DNA of 64,000 nucleotides from Nitrospirota bacterium (GTDB lineage Bacteria; Nitrospirota; Thermodesulfovibrionia; UBA6902): NCBI GenBank assembly GCA_016222905.1, contig JACRPZ010000002.1, positions 5,874 to 69,873 of the forward strand, read 5' to 3'. Shown piece by piece: positions 57,323 to 64,000 of this stretch (position 1 is its first letter; each line of letters starts with the position of its first letter). The notes under the pieces were generated by a model. It saw only the letters and a program-made list of their open reading frames with translations, ran no database searches and was not told where the DNA came from. The position numbers and the translations under genes were made by a program.

Positions 57323-58912
57323 ATGACAGAAACAGCAGTTGATAATAAATTAACATCTCTTTTCAGCGCCTCAATTTCAGGTTTAAAAGAGAGATGGGAG
57401 AGTGTCTGGAGAGTTCTTACATTCAGCCTGGCAGACGCCCTGATTGCGCAGAGAAAAAACATCACCGTAGCCATTGAAAAAGGCAGCCTCTCCGTTGCCT
57501 GCGCTTCAAAACTCTTTTCAAGGATAACTATTAAAGGCGGTAAAACCTACTCCTTTGAAGAAGGCAGATATCCGCAGCCAGATGAGCTGGTCTCCTCTCT
57601 TGCTTTAAGCATAAATGAGTTAGGAACGGCAATGACGGATTTAACTCTAAGCATTCCAAAGTTATGGGCAATAATAAGAAGTGTGGAGCTTCCTTCAACC
57701 GTAAAAGAGAACCTTTCAGACGCTATATCATATGAAATGGACAGGCTCACCCCCTTCACTTCTGAAGAGGTCTTTTATGATTACAAGATTCTAAGGGAGA
57801 GCGACGATAAGGTTTATCTTCTTGTTATGGCGGTCAGAACTGACACCATAAAACCGTATCTTGCGGCGCTTGATGAGAGCGGTTTTAGCGTAAGCAGGGT
57901 TACAATAAATCTTGCCGGTATGGGCGTTCTCTGCCGGTATATATATCAGGAAAGCAATACTGTTTTTGTTGAAATAAACAGGGACGGCTCCGAAGGAGCT
58001 TTGTTTATTGACGGCTCATTGACCGCTCTATTTTCAGATGCGTTCAGCGCGTCTCCTTTACAAGTAGAAAAATTGAAGGCTTATGATACGGCAGATATTG
58101 AGACGCTCTCAAAAAAGATCAGGGCGCTTATTGACAATGCAAAAGGAGCAGAAATGACTTCGCAGATAGTTCTGCATCTAAAAGAAAAGATTCCGGCTCT
58201 GAAAGAGATGCTTGAGTCAAAAATTGGTACGCCTGTTAAGATCTTTGGAGAAGGGGATGCACCTACCGGATTTAAAACAACTTCTGCAGGCCTCATGATT
58301 TCCGGCAATGAGATATCTTATGCTGCCATAGGAAGCGCGATTCAGTCTTTACAACATGGCGCGGAAACTCCTGATATGCTAAAAAGAGGCATCCGTAAAA
58401 AGCAGAGGCCGCCATTGGCGCTGACGGTCATTCTCCTTATTGTAATCGCATTCATGTGGGCTCTCTACACAGTTGCTCCCATAGGCATTGAGGAGAAGAG
58501 GCTTGAAGAGATCTCCCGGCAGATAGAGATGAGGCGGGATGATATAAACAAGATCGAGGCGATGAAGAAAGAGGCCGAGGGGCTTGTCTCTGAAATCAAC
58601 TTTATAAACGGGTATAAAAGGGATATGCCTATGACGCTGGATATACTTAAAGAGCTTACTTCATTACTACCTAAGACCGCCTGGCTTACAAAGGCCAAGA
58701 TTGCCGGAAGCAGCTTGGAGATCGGAGGCTATGCGCTCTCGGCCACCGAGCTTCTGCCGAAACTTGAGGCATCGGAGTATTTCAGCAAGGTTGAGTTTAC
58801 ATCGCCGACAATCAGGGATCAGGCGATGAAGTCAGACAGGTTTACAATCAAAATGGATATAAACAAACCTTTACAAAACAGCGTAGAGAAGAGAAATAAT
58901 GAAAAGAAATAA
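57323..58912 (+). CDS. GspL-like / PilM-PilN-like bitopic assembly protein (cytoplasmic actin-like domain, one TM, periplasmic coiled-coil domain).
   Basis: ~370-aa cytoplasmic domain, TM 'LALTVILLIVIAFMWALY', then a periplasmic region. Confidence 0.55.
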   Translation: MTETAVDNKLTSLFSASISGLKERWESVWRVLTFSLADALIAQRKNITVAIEKGSLSVACASKLFSRITIKGGKTYSFEEGRYPQPDELVSSLALSINELGTAMTDLTLSIPKLWAIIRSVELPSTVKENLSDAISYEMDRLTPFTSEEVFYDYKILRESDDKVYLLVMAVRTDTIKPYLAALDESGFSVSRVTINLAGMGVLCRYIYQESNTVFVEINRDGSEGALFIDGSLTALFSDAFSASPLQVEKLKAYDTADIETLSKKIRALIDNAKGAEMTSQIVLHLKEKIPALKEMLESKIGTPVKIFGEGDAPTGFKTTSAGLMISGNEISYAAIGSAIQSLQHGAETPDMLKRGIRKKQRPPLALTVILLIVIAFMWALYTVAPIGIEEKRLEEISRQIEMRRDDINKIEAMKKEAEGLVSEINFINGYKRDMPMTLDILKELTSLLPKTAWLTKAKIAGSSLEIGGYALSATELLPKLEASEYFSKVEFTSPTIRDQAMKSDRFTIKMDINKPLQNSVEKRNNEKK

Positions 58913-59450
58913 GCCGCTTACTATCGCCATACCGATTCTGGTCATCCTCTTTCTTATCGCTGCTCATTACGGCTATTCAAAGATTCAATCGAAGATGGCC
59001 TCTATAAAGGAGAGGCAGGCTGTGAAGACGCAGCTTGTTGAAAAGTATATTTCGCTTATTTCGGAAAGACCTGCGCTGGCAAAAAGATTTGCTTCATTAA
59101 AGGAAGATAGAAGCGCGCTTAATGCAAAACTTATTGAAGGCTCAACTCCTTCTATCGCAGCCGCGGCATTGCAAGAAAAAATTAAGGGGATCGTGACTGA
59201 AAAGGGCGGGACAATATCCAGTGAAAGAATCGAGAAGACCGAAGAACTGGACTCCTTCAGTATAATAGGCATAAGTATTAATGCTGTTTTGCCTGATGCA
59301 GGCGCTCTAAATAATATTCTTTATGACATAGAGACTCATATCCCCCGTCTGGTTGTGAAAGAGCTTGATGTAACGGTAAAGAACCCAAGAAAACCAACGG
59401 GGGCTGTCACGATAAATTTAGCAGTATCGGCTATGACAAACAAGAAATAA
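58899..59450 (+). CDS. GspM/PilO-like bitopic inner-membrane protein.
   Basis: N-terminal TM followed by a coiled-coil, then an alpha/beta periplasmic domain; operon position. Confidence 0.5.
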   Translation: MKRNKPLTIAIPILVILFLIAAHYGYSKIQSKMASIKERQAVKTQLVEKYISLISERPALAKRFASLKEDRSALNAKLIEGSTPSIAAAALQEKIKGIVTEKGGTISSERIEKTEELDSFSIIGISINAVLPDAGALNNILYDIETHIPRLVVKELDVTVKNPRKPTGAVTINLAVSAMTNKK

Positions 59451-59451
59451 C

Positions 59452-60096
59452 ATGGCTAAGTCAAGATATATTATCAGACAGATTAACCTTATAAATTTAG
59501 CGCTGGCGGGCGCGCTTGCCTTCTTTGTTTATATGCTCTTCTCACTTGTTAATGCGGCATTTGAATTCAGCCCACCACCGGCTAAATCGACTGATGCCGC
59601 TATTGCGGAAGAGGTGGTGAAGGCAGCCGAAAGCCCCGCGCCCTCCACTTATGATTACACAACAATAACAGAACAGAACCTGTTCCATCCTGACAGGAAA
59701 ATGGTCGCAAGCACAACAGAGAACGCTCCTCTTGTCAGGCCTGATTTTGTGCTATATGGAACAATGATAACGGATGATGCAAATATCGCCTTTCTCAGTG
59801 ACCTGAAAGAGCCGCGCACTACTCCCGGCAGGGGTGGAAGGCAGTGGGCGCTGAATATGGGAGATAAACTGAACGGATATACACTCAGCGAGATATATAC
59901 TAACAGCGTTGTTATGGTCAATGGAGATGACCGGATAGAGTTGACTGTTATTGATCCGGCAAAAGCAAAGGTTAGGAATGAGGGCATAACTGCCGGGAGG
60001 AAGACGGAAGAGGTCAGCTCAAAAGAAGCAGAAGGTAATAATATCAGGAGCAGAAGCAAGAGAGCCATACCCAGAAGGAACACGCAAAAGCCCTAA
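59452..60096 (+). CDS. GspC/GspN/PilP-like periplasmic protein with an N-terminal TM anchor.
   Basis: TM 'LINLALAGALAFFVYMLFSLV'; the last gene of the cluster. Confidence 0.4.
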   Translation: MAKSRYIIRQINLINLALAGALAFFVYMLFSLVNAAFEFSPPPAKSTDAAIAEEVVKAAESPAPSTYDYTTITEQNLFHPDRKMVASTTENAPLVRPDFVLYGTMITDDANIAFLSDLKEPRTTPGRGGRQWALNMGDKLNGYTLSEIYTNSVVMVNGDDRIELTVIDPAKAKVRNEGITAGRKTEEVSSKEAEGNNIRSRSKRAIPRRNTQKP

Positions 60097-60199
60097 GACA
60101 AGCTGTAGCCGGAAGATTTCCCGTAATGCGCCTGAATATTCACTCTATTTGATAATTGTCGTCTTTTTAATCAAAAAAATTGTTACATATTAAATCAAG

Positions 60200-60967
60200 A
60201 TGGAAAATAAATTAAGCCTTCTAAAATACTTCATGGTGCGGGATATCAAGGTAAAATATGCCGGGTCTGCCCTGGGAATCCTATGGACATTCCTGATGCC
60301 TGCTTTACAGATACTGATTTACTGGTTCGTCTTCTCAACTGTTATGCGTGTAAGACCTTACTCTAATAGCCAGATACCATATGTATACTATCTTTTGTCC
60401 ACATTCTTCTTCTGGCTTGCCGTCTCTGAGGGGATATCACGGTCAGGCGCTATTCTCATTGAAAATGCCGAGCTTGTAAAAAAAGTCTCATTCCCCAATA
60501 TTGTCCTGCCGGTTGCTATAACGCTGTCGGGTTATCTGCATCATTTTGCCGGCGTTGTCCTGGCCTTCATTATATTCACCTTCTCAGGTTTGTCGCATAT
60601 CCATATGTTTTTTATAATCCCTGTACTTATTCTCCAGATATTTTTTTCTATCGGAATCGGACTGATAATGGCTGCAATTGTGCCCTATATTAGGGACATC
60701 CAGCAGATTACCGGATATGTTCTTCAGGGGATGTTCTTTTTATCTCCGGTTATCTACCCCCTCGATGCCATACCGGAAAGATTCAGGCTCTTTGTATTTT
60801 TAAACCCGATTACCGTTTATATTGAGTCTTATCACAGCATAATATTCAAAAAACAATTTCCTGAAACCTCTTATATTTTCGGCATGATCTTTATCTCGTG
60901 CCTCTCTCTCTTCATAGGAATAAAGGTCTTCAATAAACTGAGCAAGGGGCTTGCAGACATACTCTGA
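60200..60967 (+). CDS. ABC-2 type polysaccharide/O-antigen export permease (Wzm/KpsM/TagG family).
   Basis: Six TM segments; 'LLKYFMVRDIKVKYAGSALGILW' is the ABC-2 signature. Confidence 0.8.
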   Translation: MENKLSLLKYFMVRDIKVKYAGSALGILWTFLMPALQILIYWFVFSTVMRVRPYSNSQIPYVYYLLSTFFFWLAVSEGISRSGAILIENAELVKKVSFPNIVLPVAITLSGYLHHFAGVVLAFIIFTFSGLSHIHMFFIIPVLILQIFFSIGIGLIMAAIVPYIRDIQQITGYVLQGMFFLSPVIYPLDAIPERFRLFVFLNPITVYIESYHSIIFKKQFPETSYIFGMIFISCLSLFIGIKVFNKLSKGLADIL

Positions 60968-60969
60968 GT

Positions 60970-62130
60970 ATGAAAGATTTTCCGGTAAGCATTAATGGAT
61001 TGGGAAAGGTGTACAAACTCTACGATAGGCCTGCGGACAGGCTGAAAGAACTCGTATTCCGTAAAAAATACCACCATGAGTTCGTTGCTCTCGCTGGGAT
61101 CACGCTGAATCTAAGAAGAGGAGAGACCCTCGGAATAATAGGAGAAAACGGAGCGGGCAAATCAACCCTGCTTAAGATAATCGCAAAAACGCTGACACCT
61201 ACCGAAGGCGAAATCAATATAGATGGAAGGGTTTCTTCCCTGCTTGAACTCGGTTCCGGGTTTCACCCGGAATTTACCGGAATTGATAATATCTATTTCT
61301 ACGGCTCCCTCATAGGGATAACGCCGTCAGAGATGAAGGATAGGATGGAGGAGATCATCTCTTTTGCCGAGATCGGTGATTACATACATTATCCCCTGAA
61401 GACATACTCATCGGGCATGTACGTACGGCTTGCCTTTTCTGTTGCAATGGCTGTAAAGCCGGATATCCTTGTTGTGGATGAGGCGCTCTCTGTTGGGGAC
61501 CTCTATTTTCAGAAGAAGAGCACAGATAAAATATTATCCATCAAGGAAAGCGGAAAGACGATAGTCTTCTGCTCGCACAGCATGTACTATATTACGAGGC
61601 TGTGTGACAGGGTTGTCTGGCTGAAGAACGGCCGGATTGCAATGGAAGGCTCTGCCCATGAAGTCACGCAGGCTTATGAGACCTATCAGCTTAAGAAAGA
61701 AGCGGCAGGTCAGAGCGGAGAGACAGTGGAAAAACCCGCTACAAAAGGAACTTCCTTGATATTAATAAAGCATATTATTATCACGCCTTTCCCGGTTGTA
61801 AGAAGCGGCGATGATCTGAACATTGAGATAGAAATTGAGGCAAGTGATAACGCCATACCGTACAGAGTTGCCTCTGTCCTCAAAAGGATAGATGAGATAA
61901 ATATTACCAGCGTGGGAACTAAGGATCATGGAGCTCTGAAAGGGAATAGAAAGGTCAACCTATGTTTTCCTTCTATTCAATTAAAGCAGGGAACTTTCTT
62001 TTTTAAGATTCATATAATGGATGAAAATTTTATCCACATATACGACAGCAAGGCATCTTCCCCCTTTAATGTCCCCAAGGAGACCATGGAAACGGGTTTT
62101 CTCGAATTGCCGTACAAATGGACTATCTGA
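60970..62130 (+). CDS. ABC transporter ATP-binding protein (Wzt/KpsT/TagH-like) with a C-terminal substrate-binding extension.
   Basis: Walker A 'GENGAGKSTLLK', signature 'YSSGMYVRLAF', Walker B 'ILVVDEAL', plus ~130 extra C-terminal residues. Confidence 0.85.
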   Translation: MKDFPVSINGLGKVYKLYDRPADRLKELVFRKKYHHEFVALAGITLNLRRGETLGIIGENGAGKSTLLKIIAKTLTPTEGEINIDGRVSSLLELGSGFHPEFTGIDNIYFYGSLIGITPSEMKDRMEEIISFAEIGDYIHYPLKTYSSGMYVRLAFSVAMAVKPDILVVDEALSVGDLYFQKKSTDKILSIKESGKTIVFCSHSMYYITRLCDRVVWLKNGRIAMEGSAHEVTQAYETYQLKKEAAGQSGETVEKPATKGTSLILIKHIIITPFPVVRSGDDLNIEIEIEASDNAIPYRVASVLKRIDEINITSVGTKDHGALKGNRKVNLCFPSIQLKQGTFFFKIHIMDENFIHIYDSKASSPFNVPKETMETGFLELPYKWTI

Positions 62131-62166
62131 ATCTCGGGTTTTAAGTTGAAAGGCGCTTGAAATTGC

Positions 62167-63138
62167 TTACCAGCCAGCGTCCTTGGTATACCCGAGAGAA
62201 ACCAAAAGGCCATTGGCTATTGATTTAAAAATCGCCTTGTCGCTTTCCGACATTTGAGAATTACACTCCCAGAAGCGGCTCTTGGCGTCTTCCCCGGCTG
62301 CTCCCCCCGAGGCGTGACGTTTCTGCAGGGCAACTATCCCTGCCGGATCTCCTTCGATCTCCAGAAAATCTAATACCCTCTTAAGGGTGCCGACATGGTC
62401 TGCCACAAACTCTTCAAACCGCAGCTCCAGATAATCCTCAGGATAGAGAGATGCCTCAGCCCGCACATCCTCAATAAAGAGCTTCCACGATCGTGAGCCC
62501 TTCTCCACAGACCACCAGTTCAGATTCACCGAGGAGTTGACCACATCCCGTCCGTCCCGTATGAGATGAATAGATTTAATGCGGCCGAACATCCGGCGGA
62601 GTTCCGGCTGAAACCGCAAGATCTCCGGTGTCTTATTTATCCAGTAACCCTTGCCTTCTCGGCCGGCATGCAGCAAGAAGAGCTTCTGTATCCCGGAAGC
62701 AAGAAGAGGGATTAAATCGCGGGGATTGTTCTTCGAACGTACAGCGCTGAGAAAGGCGCTGATTGTCTCAAGCGCTTCTGACTCTTTCCATAGTATATGA
62801 TTGCTGCCTAACACATAGAACTCATGAGACGCCTTGCCGTCCGCAGTTGCTCCATCCAGGACTTTCTGTGTGAGGCTAATGTCGCCGATAGCGCGCTGAA
62901 TCAGCAGTTCTACAGCCATTTCCGAAGACAACGCAGGGTTCTCCACCCACCATTCAATGAGTTCGAGTTCACGTTTGCCCCGTCCGTTTTCATTTAAGAG
63001 CAGACGCAAGATGCGAAGCAAATCCACCAGGAACTTTGTCTCGTAAACAGCTGATATCTGAGGGTGCAGTCCGAGGTAATTAATTAGAAGGGTTGAACCG
63101 CTGCGAAATCCTCCTATAAAGACAGGGGGTCGTGCCAT
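62167..63138 (-). CDS. Sulfotransferase-family protein.
   Basis: 'IGGFRSGSTLL' 5'-PSB-like motif and 'RDGRDV' 3'-PB-like motif. Confidence 0.65.
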   Translation of the reverse strand: MARPPVFIGGFRSGSTLLINYLGLHPQISAVYETKFLVDLLRILRLLLNENGRGKRELELIEWWVENPALSSEMAVELLIQRAIGDISLTQKVLDGATADGKASHEFYVLGSNHILWKESEALETISAFLSAVRSKNNPRDLIPLLASGIQKLFLLHAGREGKGYWINKTPEILRFQPELRRMFGRIKSIHLIRDGRDVVNSSVNLNWWSVEKGSRSWKLFIEDVRAEASLYPEDYLELRFEEFVADHVGTLKRVLDFLEIEGDPAGIVALQKRHASGGAAGEDAKSRFWECNSQMSESDKAIFKSIANGLLVSLGYTKDAGW

Positions 63139-63395
63139 GATTAATTCTTTCTCTCTGACTCAACACCTGACAGGATACCATCTCCTTCTCCTATAACGAA
63201 ACTAAACGTGCTGTTAAAGCTCATAATGTATAAATTTATCATAGTAATGTTAGAAAAAGCAACGTCCTTTACCTGTACATGTCATGGTATACTGTTCTGT
63301 ATCTCTATTTTGCCCGCTCGTTATATGCCGGGCGTAAAGAAAATGATAACACTCCCCAGTAATGGCTGCGGGATACTGGAAATTTAATAATAGAT

Positions 63396-64000
63396 ATGAC
63401 AGGGAACGCTATTTTAATAAGAATATATAAAGACGGCGATGAAGAGGGAATCGTCAAACTCTTCAAGCAAGTCTTCGGCAGGGAGATGAGTCTTGATGAG
63501 TGGAGATGGAAATATATGGAGAGTTACCCGAAGAAGGTCTATTCATCTGTAGCAGTGCACAAAGACTTTGGAATAGTCGGTCATTATGGTGGGGTCTGTC
63601 TTCCACTAATCCATAAAAGTAACCAGGCAAGAGGGCTTGTTATATGTGATGTTATGATACATGCGAAATTCAGGGGAATTAAGACCTTAAAATTACTTTC
63701 TTCCATTATGCCGCGTGAGGCAGTAAAAGATGGCATTATCATCGGATATGGTTTTCCAAACATTAATACCCTCTTAAAACCTGCGCTGAGTCTTGGGCTC
63801 TATGAGAAAGTTGAAGATGTTCTGGAAGGCAATAAAGATGTAACCTTTAATAATAATTCAACACGCTATGCCTTCAGATTCCTTCCCCTGAACTACTCTG
63901 ATGCACGGATTGACCATTTATGGGGTTCATGTAAAAGCAATTTATCCCTTTCTGTTGTCAGAAACAGGCAATACCTTGAATGGAGATACAAAAATCATCC
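63396..64000 (+). CDS. GNAT-like acetyltransferase, 3'-truncated at the window edge.
   Basis: Hand-read ORF from the ATG at 63396: MTGNAILIRIYKDGDEEGIVKLFKQVFGREMSLDEWRWKY... It is open to the window end and is not in the track, which lists only complete ORFs. Confidence 0.4.
   Translation, partial: MTGNAILIRIYKDGDEEGIVKLFKQVFGREMSLDEWRWKYMESYPKKVYSSVAVHKDFGIVGHYGGVCLPLIHKSNQARGLVICDVMIHAKFRGIKTLKLLSSIMPREAVKDGIIIGYGFPNINTLLKPALSLGLYEKVEDVLEGNKDVTFNNNSTRYAFRFLPLNYSDARIDHLWGSCKSNLSLSVVRNRQYLEWRYKNH

Noticed and set aside
1-64000. CRISPR arrays, rRNA genes, tRNA genes, integrase or transposase genes
   Set aside because: No regularly spaced direct repeats, no rRNA-like conserved stretches, and no integrase or transposase ORFs were recognised. 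The islands therefore appear to lack their own mobility genes inside this window.

Overview
This looks like a metagenome-type bacterial contig of roughly 45-50% GC, most likely from a Gram-negative organism. Housekeeping blocks alternate with accessory blocks, and coding density is high on both strands. From left to right the window contains: (1) a 5'-truncated secreted adhesin-like protein with thrombospondin-type-3 and Fn3 repeats; (2) a two-gene cassette present in three tandem copies, each pairing a small secreted transthyretin/CarbopepD_reg-like protein with a secreted Zn-phospholipase-C/P1-nuclease-superfamily protein, the third copy being 1089 aa; this is the most unusual locus in the window and I cannot assign it a function; (3) defense island 1, with a Phd/YefM-PIN toxin-antitoxin pair, a Lon-related AAA protease, a 94-codon rsmA/ksgA fragment marking a junction, and a Type III restriction-modification operon with an AlbA_2/HATPase_c_4 gene nested between mod and res; (4) an LPS inner-core cluster (waaF-gmhB fusion, heptosyltransferase, DUF3108-like, GT2) carrying GC-rich palindromic 'PLPQGEG'-type repeat elements, one of them inserted in-frame in the GT2 gene; (5) two secreted proteins ending in IPTL-CTERM-like sorting signals next to a short exosortase-like membrane protein; (6) the conserved phoH / 7TM-HD / ybeY block, a dgkA-PAP2 fusion, trm112 and queA; (7) defense island 2, with YgjP-like genes, Type I hsdMSR, a Panacea (DUF4065) antitoxin with an unknown partner, and a YgiT zinc-finger antitoxin with a frameshifted DUF4258 toxin; (8) SpoIID-like, queH, ruvCAB with an inserted GxxExxY gene, yebC and a porin; (9) a UbiA prenyltransferase, an SGNH hydrolase, PilZ, secG and tpiA; (10) a T2SS-like gspE-F-H-I-J-K-L-M-C/N cluster with no gspG or gspD in the window, interrupted by an 'LSLSNH'-type repeat; (11) Wzm/Wzt ABC exporter genes, a sulfotransferase and a partial GNAT. 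I found no rRNA, tRNA or CRISPR array by eye. All calls come from reading the supplied translations and the nucleotide sequence; no database searches were run.
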